Below the pieces are notes generated by a model. The model saw nothing but the letters and a program-made list of their open reading frames with translations, did not search any database and was not told the DNA's origin. Below, piece after piece: positions 1-14,100 of a DNA stretch of 64,000 bases. The stretch comes from Eledone cirrhosa (Eukaryota). The DNA lies in the NCBI GenBank assembly GCA_964016885.1, contig OZ024760.1, positions 30,008,001 to 30,072,000 on the forward strand, written 5' to 3'. The stretch's first letter is position 1; each line of letters begins with the position of its first letter. The position numbers and the translations under genes were made by a program.

Positions 1-3000
1 AATGTAATGTAATGTGTAATGTAATGTAATGTAATGTAATGTAATGTAATGTAATGTGTAATGTAATGTAATGTAATGTAATGTAATGTAATGTGTAATG
101 TAATGTAATGTAATGTAATGTGTAATGTAATGTAACGTGTAATGTAATGTAATGTAATGTAATGTGTAATGTAATGTAATGTAATGTAGTGTAATGTATA
201 ATGTAATGTAATGTAATGTGTAATGTAATGTAATGTAAAGTAATGTAATGTAATGTGTAATGTAATGTAATGTAATGTAATGTAATTTAATGTAATGTAA
301 CGTAATGTAATGTGTAATGTAATGTAATGTAATATAATGTAATCTAAAGTAATGTAATTTAATGTAACGTGTAATGTAATGTAATGTAATGTAATGTAAT
401 GTAATGTAATGTAATGTAATGTGTAATGTAATGTAATGTAACGTAATGTAATGTAATGTAATGTAATGTAATGTAATGTAATGTAATGTAATGTAATGTA
501 ATGTAATGTAATGTGTAATGTGTAATGTAATGTAATATAATGTAATGTAATGTGTAATGTAATGTAATGTAATGTAATGTAATGTAACGTGTAATGAAAT
601 GTAATGTAATGTAATGTAATGTGTAATGTAATGTAATGTAATATAATGTGTAATGTAATGTAATGTAATGTGTAATGTAATGTAATGCAATGTAATGTAA
701 CGTAATGTGTATTGTAATGTAATGTTATGTAATGTAATGTATAATGTAATGTAATGTAATGTAATGTGTAACGTAATGTAATGTAATGTAATGTAATTTA
801 CTGTAATGTCTAACGTAATGTAATGTAATGTAATGTAATGTAATGTAATGTGTAATGTAATGTAATGTAATGTAATGTAATGTGTAATGTAATGTAATGT
901 AATATAATGTAATTTTTAATGTAATGTAATGTAATGTAATGTAATCTAATGTGTAATGTAATGTAATGTAATGTAATGTAACGTAATGTAATGTTTAATG
1001 AAATGTAATGTAATGTAATGTAATGTAATGAAATGTAATGTAACGTGTAATGTAATGTAATGTAATGTAATGTAATGTAATGTAACGTAATGTAATGTAC
1101 TGTGTAATGTAATGTAATGTAATGTGTAATGTAATGTAATGTAATGTAATGTAATGTGTAATGTAATGTAATGTAATGTGTAATGTAATGTTTAAAGTAA
1201 CGTAATGTAACGTAATGAAATGTAATGTAATGTGTAATATACTGTAATGTAATGTAATGTGTAATGTAATGTAATGTAATGTAATGTAATGCAATGTAAT
1301 GTAATGTAATGTGTATTGTAATGTAATGTTATGTAATGTGTAATGTAATGTAACGTAATATGTAATGTAATGTAACGCAATGTAATGTAATGTAATGTGT
1401 AATGTAGTGTAATGTAATTTAATGTAATGTAATGTAATGCAATGCAATGTAATGTAATGTAATGTAAAGTATTGTAATGTGTAATGTGTAATGTAATGTA
1501 ATGTAATGTAATGTAATGTGTAATGTAATGTAATGTAATGTGTAAAGTAATGTAATGTAATGTAATGTAATGTTAATGTAATGTGTAATGTGTAATGTGT
1601 AATGTAATTTAATGTAATGTAATGTAATGTAATGTAATGTAATGTAATGTAATGCGTAATGTAATGTAATATAATGTAATGTAATGTAATGTAATGTGTA
1701 ATGTAATGTAATGTAATGTAATGTAATGTAATGTGTAATGTAATGTAATGTAATGTAATGTAATGTGTAATGCAATGTAATGTAATGTAATGTAATGTAA
1801 TGTAATGTAATGTAATGTAATGTAATGTAATGTAATGTAATGTAATGTAGTGCAATGTAGTGTAATGTGAAATGTAATGTAATGTAATGTGTAATGTAAT
1901 TTAATGTAATGTAATGTAATGTAATGTAATTTAATGTAATGTAATGTAAGGTAATGTAATATGTAACGTAATGTAATGTAATGTAATTTAATGTAATGTC
2001 TAATGTAATGTAATGTAATGTAATGTAATGTGTAATGTAATGTAATGTAATGTAATGTGTAATGTAATGTAATGTAATGTAATGTAATGTGTCATGTAGT
2101 GTAATGTAATGTAACGTAATATGTAATGTAATGTAATGTGTAATGTAATGTAACGCAATGTAATGTAATGTAATGTGTAATGTAGTGTAATGTAATTTAA
2201 TGTAATGTAATGTAATGCAATGCAATGTAATGTAATGTAATGTAAAGTATTGTAATGTGTAATGTGTAATGTAATGTAATGTAATGTAATGTGTAATGTA
2301 ATGTAATGTAATGTAGTGTAACGTGTAATGTAATTTAACGTGTAGTGTATTGTAATGTAATGTAATGTAATGTGTAATGTAATGTCATGTAATGTAAAGT
2401 AATGTGTAATGTAATGTAATGTAATGTGTAATGTAATGTAATGTAATGTAATGTAATGTAATGTAATGTAATGTATAATGTAATGTAATGTAATGTAAAG
2501 TAATGTGTAATGGAAAGTATTGTAATGTGTAATGTGTAATGTAATGTAATGTAATGTAATGTAATGTAATGTAATATGTAATGTAATGTAATGTAATGTA
2601 AAGTAATGTGTAATGTAATGTAATATAATGTAATGTAATGTAATGTAAAGTAATGTGTAATGTAATGTAATGTAATGTGTAATGTAATGTAATTTAATGT
2701 AGTGTAATGTATAATGTAATGTAATGTAATGTGTAATGTAATGTAATGTAATGTAATATAATGTAATGTAATGTAATGTAATGTAATGTGTAATGTAATG
2801 TAATGTAATGTGTAATGTAATTTAATGTAATGTAATGTGTAATGTAATGTAATGTAATCTGTAATGTAATGTAATGTTATGTAATGTAATGTATAACATA
2901 ATGTAATGTAATGTGTAATGTAATGTAATGTAATGTAATGTAATGTAATGTGTAATGTAATGTAATGTAATGTGTAATGTAATGTAATGTAATGTAATGT

Positions 3001-6000
3001 AATGTAATGTAATGTAATGTAATATAATGTAATGTAATGTGTAATGTAATGTAATGTAATGTAATGTAATGTGTAATGTAATGTATTGTAATGTAATGTA
3101 ATGTATAAGGTAATGTAATGTAATGTAATGTGTAATGTAATGTAATGTAATGTAAAGTAATGTAATGTAATGTAATGTAATGTAATGTAATGTAATGTGT
3201 AATGTAATGTAATGTAATGTAACGTAATGTAATGTGTAATGTAAAGTAATGTAATGTGTAATGTAATGTAATGTAATGTAATGTAATGTAATGTAATGTA
3301 ATGTGTAATGAAATGTAATGTAATGTAATGTAATGTAATGTAATGTAATGTGTAATGTAATGTAATGTAATGTAATGTAATGTGTAATGTAATGTAATCT
3401 AATGTAATGTAATATAATGTAATGTAATGTAATGTAATGTAATGTAATGTGTAATGAAATGTAATGTAACGTAATGTGTAATGTAATGTAATGTAATGTA
3501 ATGTAATGTAATGTCATGTAATGTAATGTAATGTGTAATGTAATGTAATGTAATGTAATGTGTAATGTAATGTAATGTAACGTAATGTAATGTAATGTGT
3601 AATGTAATGTAATGTAATGTAATGTAATGTGTAATGTAATGTAATGTAATGTAATGTAATGTAATGTAATGTAATGTAATGTGTAATGTAATGTAATGTA
3701 ATGTAATGTAATGTAATGTAATGTGTAATGTAACGTAATGTAATGTAATGTGTAATGTAATGTAACGTGTAATGTAATGTAATGTAATGTAATGTGTAAT
3801 GTAATGTAATGTAATGTAGTGTAATGTATAATGTAATGTAATGTAATGTGTAATGTAATGTAATGTAAAGTAATGTAATGTAATGTGTAATGTAATGTAA
3901 TGTAATGTAATGTAATTTAATGTAATGTAACGTAATGTAATGTGTAATGTAATGTAATGTAATATAATGTAATCTAAAGTAATGTAATTTAATGTAACGT
4001 GTAATGTAATGTAATGTAATGTAATGTAATGTAATGTAATGTAATGTAATGTGTAATGTAATGTAATGTAACGTAATGTAATGTAATGTAATGTAATGTA
4101 ATGTAATGTAATGTAATGTAATGTAATGTAATGTAATGTAATGTAATGTGTAATGTGTAATGTGATGTAATATAATGTAATGTAATGTGTAATGTAATGT
4201 AATGTAATGTAATGTAATGTAACGTGTAATGAAATGTAATGTAATGTAATGTAATGTGTAATGTAATGTAATGTAATGTAATGTAATGTGTAATGTAATG
4301 TATAACGTAATGTAATGTAATGTGTAATGTAATTTAATGTAACGTAATGTGTAATGTAATGTAATGTAATGTGTAATGTAATGTAATGTAATGTAATGTA
4401 ATGTGTAATGTTATGTAATGTAATGTAATGTAATGTAATGTGTAATGTAATGTTTAATGTAATGTAATGTAATGTAATGTGTAATATAATGTAATGTAAT
4501 GTAATGTAATGTAATATAATATAATGTGTAATGTAATGTAATGTAATGTAATGTAATGAAATGTGTAATGTAATGTAATGTAATGTAATGTAATGTGTAA
4601 TGTAATGTAATGTAATATGTAATGTGTAATGTAATGTAATGTAATGAAATTTGTAATGTAATGTAATGTAATGTAATGTTTAATGTAATGTAATGCAATG
4701 TAATGTAATGTAATGTGTAATGTAATGTAATGTAATGTAATGTAATGTATTGTGTAAAGTAATGTAATGTAATGTAATGTAATGTAATGTGTAATGTAAT
4801 TTAATGTAATGTAATGTAATGTAATGTGTAATGTAATGTAATATAATGTAATGTAATTGTGTAATGTAATGTAATGTAATGTAATGTAATGTAATGTGTA
4901 ATGTAATGTAATGTAATGTAATGTAACGTGTAATGTAATGTAATGTAATGTAATGTAATGTAATGCAATGTAGTGTAATGTGAAATGTAATGTAATGTAA
5001 TGTAATGTAATGTGTAATGTAATGTAATGTAATGTAATGTAATGTGTAATGTAATGTAATGTAATGTAATGTAATGTGTCATGTAGTGTAATGTAATGTA
5101 ATGTAATGTAATGTGTAATGTAATGTAATGTGTAATGTAGTGTAATGTAATGTAATGTAATGTAATGTAATGTAATGCAATGCAATGTAATGTAATGTAA
5201 CGTAAAGTAATGTAATGTGTAATGTGTAATGTAATGTAATGTAATGTAATGTGTAATGTAATGTAATGTAATGTAGTGTAACGTGTAATGTAATGTAATG
5301 TGTAATGTAATGTAATGTAATGTAAAGTAATGTGTAATGTAATGTAATGTAATGTAATCTAATGTAATGTATAATGTAACGTAATGTAATGTAATGTGTA
5401 ACGTAATGTAATGTAATGTAATGAAATGTGTAATGTAATGTAATGTAATGTAATGTAATGTAATGTGTAATATAATGTAATGTAATGTAAAGTAATGTGT
5501 AATGTAATGTAATGTGTAATGTAATGTAATGTAATGTAGTGTAATGTATAATGTAATGTAATGTAATGTGTAATGTAATTTAATGTAATGTAATGTGTAA
5601 TGTAATGTAATGTAATGTGTAATGTAATGTAATGTAATGTTATGTAATGTAATGTATAATGTAATGTAATGTAATGTGTAATGTAATGTAATGTAATGTA
5701 ATGTGTAATGTAATGTAATGTAATGTAATGTAATGTGTAATGTAATGTGTAATGTAATGTAATGTAATGTGTAATGTAATGTATTGTAATTTAATGTAAT
5801 GTATAAGGTAATGTAATGTAATGTAATGTGTAATGTAATGTAATGTAATGTAATGTAATGTAAAGTAATGTAATGTAATGTAATGTAACGTGTAATGTAA
5901 TGTAATGTAATGTAACGTAATGTAATGTGTAATGTAATGTAATGTGTACTGTAATGTAATGTAAAGTAATGTAATGTGTAATGTAATGTAATGTAATGTA

Positions 6001-6070
6001 ATGTAATGTGTAATGTCATGTAATGTAATGTAATGTGCAATGTAATGTAATGTAATGTAATGTAATGTAA

Positions 6071-6259
6071 TTGTTTCTAATTTAGGCACAAGGTCAGCAA
6101 TTACCCTGTGCATTACTGGTACTTTATTTTATCGACCCCGTAAGGATGAAAAGCAAAGTCAACCTCGGTGGGATTTTTAATCAGATCGTAAAGGGACGTA
6201 ACTATGCTGGAAAGCATGGCGTCCGACCCTCTACCGATACTGCCAATCCACCGCCGTTT
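6071..6259 (-). mobile_element. tRNA-derived SINE-like element, copy 1 (type A, B box mutated)
   Basis: 189 bp of non-satellite sequence. The minus strand starts GGCGGTGGATTGGCAGTATCGGTAG (A-box-like), the B-box position reads GATTAAAAATCCC, and the end CCTTGTGCCTAAATTAGAAACAATTA runs into (CATTA)n. Confidence 0.85.
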
Positions 6260-7942
6260 GTAATGTAATGTAATGTGTAATGTTATGTAATGTAATGTAA
6301 TGTAATGTAATGTGTAATGTAATGTTTAATGTAATGTAATGTAATGTAATGTGTAATATAATGTAATGTAATGTAATGTAATGTAATATAATATAATGTG
6401 TAATGTAATGTAATGTAATGTAATGTAATGAAATGTGTAATGTAATGTAATGTAATGTAATGTAATGTGTAATGTAATGTAATGTAATATGTAATGTGTA
6501 ATGTAATGTAATGTAATGAAATTTGTAATGTAATGTAATGTAATGTAATGTTTAATGTAATGTAATGCAATGTAATGTAATGTAATGTGTAATGTAATGT
6601 AATGTAATGTAATGTAATGTATTGTGTAAAGTAATGTAATGTAATGTAATGTAATGTAATGTGTAATGTAATTTAATGTAATGTAATGTAATGTAATGTG
6701 TAATGTAATGTAATATAATGTAATGTAATTGTGTAATGTAATGTAATGTAATGTAATGTAATGTAATGTGTAATGTAATGTAATGTAATGTAATGTAACG
6801 TGTAATGTAATGTAATGTAATGTAATGTAATGTAATGCAATGTAGTGTAATGTGAAATGTAATGTAATGTAATGTAATGTAATGTGTAATGTAATGTAAT
6901 GTAATGTAATGTAATGTGTAATGTAATGTAATGTAATGTAATGTAATGTGTCATGTAGTGTAATGTAATGTAATGTAATGTAATGTGTAATGTAATGTAA
7001 TGTGTAATGTAGTGTAATGTAATGTAATGTAATGTAATGTAATGTAATGCAATGCAATGTAATGTAATGTAACGTAAAGTAATGTAATGTGTAATGTGTA
7101 ATGTAATGTAATGTAATGTAATGTGTAATGTAATGTAATGTAATGTAGTGTAACGTGTAATGTAATGTAATGTGTAATGTAATGTAATGTAATGTAAAGT
7201 AATGTGTAATGTAATGTAATGTAATGTAATCTAATGTAATGTATAATGTAACGTAATGTAATGTAATGTGTAACGTAATGTAATGTAATGTAATGAAATG
7301 TGTAATGTAATGTAATGTAATGTAATGTAATGTAATGTGTAATATAATGTAATGTAATGTAAAGTAATGTGTAATGTAATGTAATGTGTAATGTAATGTA
7401 ATGTAATGTAGTGTAATGTATAATGTAATGTAATGTAATGTGTAATGTAATTTAATGTAATGTAATGTGTAATGTAATGTAATGTAATGTGTAATGTAAT
7501 GTAATGTAATGTTATGTAATGTAATGTATAATGTAATGTAATGTAATGTGTAATGTAATGTAATGTAATGTAATGTGTAATGTAATGTAATGTAATGTAA
7601 TGTAATGTGTAATGTAATGTGTAATGTAATGTAATGTAATGTGTAATGTAATGTATTGTAATTTAATGTAATGTATAAGGTAATGTAATGTAATGTAATG
7701 TGTAATGTAATGTAATGTAATGTAATGTAATGTAAAGTAATGTAATGTAATGTAATGTAACGTGTAATGTAATGTAATGTAATGTAACGTAATGTAATGT
7801 GTAATGTAATGTAATGTGTACTGTAATGTAATGTAAAGTAATGTAATGTGTAATGTAATGTAATGTAATGTAATGTAATGTGTAATGTCATGTAATGTAA
7901 TGTAATGTGCAATGTAATGTAATGTAATGTAATGTAATGTAA

Positions 7943-8131
7943 TTGTTTCTAATTTAGGCACAAGGTCAGCAATTACCCTGTGCATTACTGGTACTTTATT
8001 TTATCGACCCCGTAAGGATGAAAAGCAAAGTCAACCTCGGTGGGATTTTTAATCAGATCGTAAAGGGACGTAACTATGCTGGAAAGCATGGCGTCCGACC
8101 CTCTACCGATACTGCCAATCCACCGCCGTTT
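7943..8131 (-). mobile_element. SINE-like element, copy 2 (type A)
   Basis: Appears identical to copy 1 and lies 1872 bp further along. Confidence 0.85.
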
Positions 8132-11100
8132 GTAATGTAATGTAATGTAATGTAATGTAATGTAATGTAATGTGTAATGTAATGTAATGTATTGTAACGT
8201 ATTGTGTAATGTAATGTAATGTTTAATGTAATGTAACGTAATGTAATGTAATGTAATGTAATGTAATGTAATGTAATGTAATGTGTAATGTAATGTAATG
8301 TAATGTAATGTAATGTAATGTGTAATGTAATGTAATGTAATGTAATGTAATGTAATGTAATGTGAAATGAAATGTAATGTAATGTGTAATGTAATTTAAT
8401 GTAATGTAATGTAATGTAATGTAATTTAATGTAATGTAATGTAAGGTAATGTAATATGTAACGTAATGTAATGTAATGTAATTTAATGTAATGTCTAATG
8501 TAATGTAATGTAATGTAATGTAATGTAATGTGTAATGTAATGTAATGTAATGTAATGTGTAATGTAATGTAATGTAATGTAATGTAATGTGTCATGTAGT
8601 GTAGTGTAATGTAACGTAATATGTAATGTAATGTAATGTGTAATGTAATGTAACGCAATGTAATGTAATGTAATGTGTAATGTAGTGTAATGTAATGTAA
8701 TGTAATGTAATGTAATGTGTAATGTAATGTAATGCAATGCAATGTAATGTAATGTAATGTAAAGTAATGTAATATGTAATGTGTAATGTAATGTAATGTA
8801 ACGTGTAATGTAATGTAATGTAATGTAATGTAGTGTAACGTGTAATGTAATGTAACGTGTAATGTAATGTAATGTAATGTAATGTAATGTAATGTAATGT
8901 AATGTAATGTAAAGTAATGTGTAATGTAATGTAATGTAATGTAATGTAATGTAATGTAATGTAATGTAATGTATAATGTAATGTAATGTAATGTAATGTG
9001 TAATGTAATGTAATGTAATGTAATGTAATGTATAATGTAATGTAATGTGTAATGTAATGTAATGTAATGTAATGTAATGTAAAGTAATGTGTAATGTAAT
9101 GTAATGTAATGTGTAATGTAATGTAATTTAATGTAGTGTAATGTATAATGTAATGTAATGTAATGTAATGTAATGTAATGTAATGTAATGTAATGTAATG
9201 TAATGTAATGTGTAATGTAATGTAATGTAATGTGTAATGTAATTTAATGTAATGTAATGTGTAATGTAATGTAATGTAATGTAATGTGTAATGTAATGTA
9301 ATGTTATGTAATGTAATGTATAATGTAATGTAATGTGTAATGTAATGTAATGTAATGTAATGTAATGTGTAATGTAATGTAATGTAATGTGTAATGTAAT
9401 GTAATGTAATGTAATGTAATGTAATGTAATGTGTAATGTAACGTAATGTAATGTAATGTAATGTGTAATGTAATGTATTGTAATGTAATGTAATGTATAA
9501 GGTAATGTAATGTAATGTAATGTGTAATGTAATGTAATGTAATGTAAAGTAATGTAATGTAATGTAATGTGTAATGTAATGTAATGTAATGTAACGTAAT
9601 GTAATGTGTAATGTAATGTAATGTAATGTGTAATGTAATGTAATGTAATGTAATGTAATGTAATGTAAAGTAATGTAATGTGTAATGTAATGTAACGTAA
9701 TGTAATGTTTAATGTAATGTAATGTAATGTAATGTAATGTAATGTTATGTTTAATGTAATGTAATGTAATGTAATATAATGTAATTTTTAATGTAATGTA
9801 ATGTAATGTAAATAATGTAATGTAATGTAATGTAATGTAATGTAGTGTGTAATGTAATGTAATGTAATGTAACGTAATGTAATGTGTAATGTAATGTAAT
9901 GTGTAATGTAATGTAATGTAATGTAATGTGTAATGTAATGTAATGTAATGTAATGTAATGTAATGTGATGTAATGTAATGTGTACTGTAATGTAATGTAA
10001 TGTAAAGTAACGTAAAGTGTAATGTAATGTAATGTAACGTAATGTAATGTAATGTCATGTAATGTAATGTAATGTAATGTGTAATGAAATGTAATGTAAT
10101 GTAATGTAATGTAATGTAATGTGTAATGTAATGTAATGTAATGTAATGTAACGTGTAATGTAATGTAATGTAATGTAATATAATGTAATGTAATGTAATG
10201 TAATGTAATGTAACGTAATGTAATGTAATGTAATGTAATGTGTAATGTAATGTAATGTGTACTGTAATGTAATGTAAAGTAATGTAATGTGTAATGTAAT
10301 GTAATGTAATGTAATGTAATGTGTAATGTCATGTAATGTAATGTGCAATGTAATGTAATGTAATGTAATGTAATGTAATTGTTTCTAATTTAGGCACAAG
10401 GTCAGCAATTACCCTGTGCATTACTGGTACTTTATTTTATCGACCCCGTAAGGATGAAAAGCAAAGTCAACCTCGGTGGGATTTTTAATCAGATCGTAAA
10501 GGGACGTAACTATGCTGGAAAGCATGGCGTGCGACCCTCTACCGATACTGCCAATCCACCGCCGTTTGTAATGTAATGTAATGTAATGTAATGTAATGTA
10601 ATGTGTAATGTAATGTAATGTATTGTAACGTATTGTGTAATGTAATGTAATGTTTAATGTAATGTAACGTAATGTAATGTAATGTAATGTAATGTAATGT
10701 AATGTAATGTAATGTAATGTGTAATGTAATGTAATGTAATGTAATGTAATGTAATGTAATGTAATGTGTAATGTAATGTAATGTAATGTAATGTAATGTA
10801 ATGTGAAATGAAATGTAATGTAATGTGTAATGTAATTTAATGTAATGTAATGTAATGTAATGTAATTTAATGTAATGTAATGTAAGGTAATGTAATATGT
10901 AACGTAATGTAATGTAATGTAATTTAATGTAATGTCTAATGTAATGTAATGTAATGTAATGTAATGTAATGTGTAATGTAATGTAATGTAATGTGTAATG
11001 TAATGTAATGTAATGTAATGTAATGTGTCATGTAGTGTAGTGTAATGTAACGTAATATGTAATGTAATGTAATGTGTAATGTAATGTAACGCAATGTAAT

Positions 11101-14100
11101 GTAATGTAATGTGTAATGTAGTGTAATGTAATGTAATGTAATGTAATGTAATGTGTAATGTAATGTAATGTGTAATGTAATGTAATGTAATGTAATGTAA
11201 TGCAATGCAATGTAATGTAATGTAATGTAAAGTAATGTAATATGTAATGTGTAATGTAATGTAATGTAACGTGTAATGTAATGTAATGTAATGTAGTGTA
11301 ACGTGTAATGTAATGTAACGTGTAATGTAATGTAATGTAATGTAATGTAATGTGTAATGTAATGTAATGTAATGTAATGTAAAGTAATGTGTAATGTAAT
11401 GTAATGTAATGTAATGTAATGTAATGTAATGTAATGTAATGTATAATGTAATGTAATGTAATGTAATGTGTAATGTAATGTAATGTAATGTATAATGTAA
11501 TGTAATGTAATGTGTAATGTAATGTAATGTAATGTAATGTAATGTAAAGTAATGTGTAATGTAATGTAATGTAATGTGTAATGTAATGTAATTTAATGTA
11601 GTGTAATGTATAATGTAATGTAATGTAATGTAATGTAATGTAATGTAATGTAATGTAATGTAATGTAATGTGTAATGTAATGTAATGTAATGTGTAATGT
11701 AATTTAATGTAATGTAATGTGTAATGTAATGTAATGTAATGTAATGTGTAATGTAATGTAATCTTATGTAATGTAATGTATAATGTAATGTAATGTGTAA
11801 TGTAATGTAATGTAATGTAATGTAATGTGTAATGTAATGTAATGTAATGTGTAATGTAATGTAATGTAATGTAATGTAATGTAATGTAATGTAATGTGTA
11901 ATGTAACGTAATGTAATGTAATGTAATGTGTAATGTAATGTATTGTAATGTAATGTAATGTATAAGGTAATGTAATGTAATGTAATGTGTAATGTAATGT
12001 AATGTAATGTAAAGTAATGTAATGTAATGTAATGTGTAATGTAATGTAATGTAATGTAACGTAATGTAATGTGTAATGTAATGTAATGTAATGTGTAATG
12101 TAATGTAATGTAATGTAATGTAATGTAATGTAATGTAATGTAAAGTAATGTGTAATGTAATGTAATGTAATGTAATGTTTAATGTAATGTAATGTAATGT
12201 AATGTAATGTAATGTTATGTTATGTTTAATGTAATGTAATGTAATGTAATATAATGTAATTTTTAATGTAATGTAATGTAATGTAAATAATGTAATGTAA
12301 TGTAATGTAATGTAATGTAGTGTGTAATGTAATGTAATGTAATGTAACGTAATGTAATGTGTAATGTAATGTAATGTGTAATGTAATGTAATGTAATGTG
12401 TAATGTAATGTAATGTAATGTAATGTAATGTAATGTGATGTAATGTAATGTGTACTGTAATGTAATGTAATGTAAAGTAACGTAAAGTGTAATGTAATGT
12501 AATGTAACGTAATGTAATGTAATGTCATGTAATGTAATGTAATGTAATGTGTAATGAAATGTAATGTAATGTAATGTAATGTAATGTAATGTGTAATGTA
12601 ATGTAATGTAATGTAATGTAACGTGTAATGTAATGTAATGTAATGTAATATAATATAATGTAATGTAATGTAATGTAATGTAATGTAACGTAATGTAATG
12701 TAATGTAATGTGTAATGAAATGTAATGTAATGTAATGTAACGTAATATGTAATGTAATGTAATGTAATGTAATGTAATGTAACGTAATGTAATGTCATGT
12801 AATGTAATGTAATGTGTAATGTAATGTAATGTAATGTAATGTAATGTAATGTGTAATGTGTAATGTAATGTAATGTAATGTAATGTTTAATGTAATGTAA
12901 TGTAATGTAATGTAATGTAATGTAATGTTATGTTTAATGTAATGTAATGTAATGTAATATAATGTAATTTTTAATGTAATGTATTGTAATGTAATGTAAT
13001 CTAATGTGTAATGTAATGTAATGTAACGTAATGTAATGTTTAATGTAATGTAATGTAATGTAATGTAATGTAATGTAAGGAAATGTAATGTAACGTGTAA
13101 TGTAATGTAATGTAATGTAATGTAATGTAACGTAATGTAATGTTTAATGTAATGTAATGTAATGTAATGTAATGTAATGAAATGTAATGTAATGTAATGT
13201 AATGTAATGTAATGTAATGTAATGTAATGTAATGTAATGTAATGTAATGTAATGTAATGTAATGTAATGTAACGTAATGTAATGTACTGTGTAATGTAAT
13301 GTAATGTAATGTGATGTGTAATGTAATGTAATGTCATGTAATGTAATGTGTAATGTAATGTAATGTAATGTGTAATGTAATGTAATGTTTAAAGTAACGT
13401 AATGTAACGTAATGAAATGTAATGTAATGTGTAATATACTGTAATGTAATGTAATGTGTAATGTAATGTAATGTAACGTAATGTAATGTAATGTGTAACG
13501 TAATGTAATGTAATGTAATGTAATGTAATGTAATGTGTAATGTAATGTAATGTAATGTAATGTAATGTAAAGTAATGTAATGTGTAATGTGTAATGTAAT
13601 GTAATGTAACGTGTAATGTAATGTAATGTAATGTAATGTAGTGTAACGTGTAATGTAATGTAACGTGTAATGTAATGTAATGTAATGTAATGTAATGTGT
13701 AATGTAATGTAATGTAATGTAATGTAATGTAAAGTAATGTGTAATGTAATGTAATGTAATGTAATGTAATGTAATGTAATGTAATGTAATGTATAATGTA
13801 ATGTAATGTAATGTAATGTGTAATGTAATGTAATGTAATGTATAATGTAATGTAATGTAATGTGTAATGTAATGTAATGTAATGTAATGTAATGTAAAGT
13901 AATGTGTAATGTAATGTAATGTAATGTGTAATGTAATGTAATTTAATGTAGTGTAATGTATAATGTAATGTAATGTAATGTAATGTAATGTAATGTAATG
14001 TAATGTAATGTGTAATGTAATGTAATGTAATGTGTAATGTAATTTAATGTAATGTAATGTGTAATGTAATGTAATGTAATGTAATGTGTAATGTAATGTA

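Larger units (their letters stand above)
4387..8148. repeat. Near-exact tandem duplication with an 1872 bp period, including SINE copies 1 and 2
   Basis: The SINE offset is 1872, and ORF-track translations recur identically at +1872 (4411/6283, 4454/6326, 4801/6673, 5640/7512). Confidence 0.92.

Noticed and set aside
6050-6280. Target-site duplication around the SINE
   Set aside because: Both flanks are the same simple repeat, so a target-site duplication cannot be distinguished.
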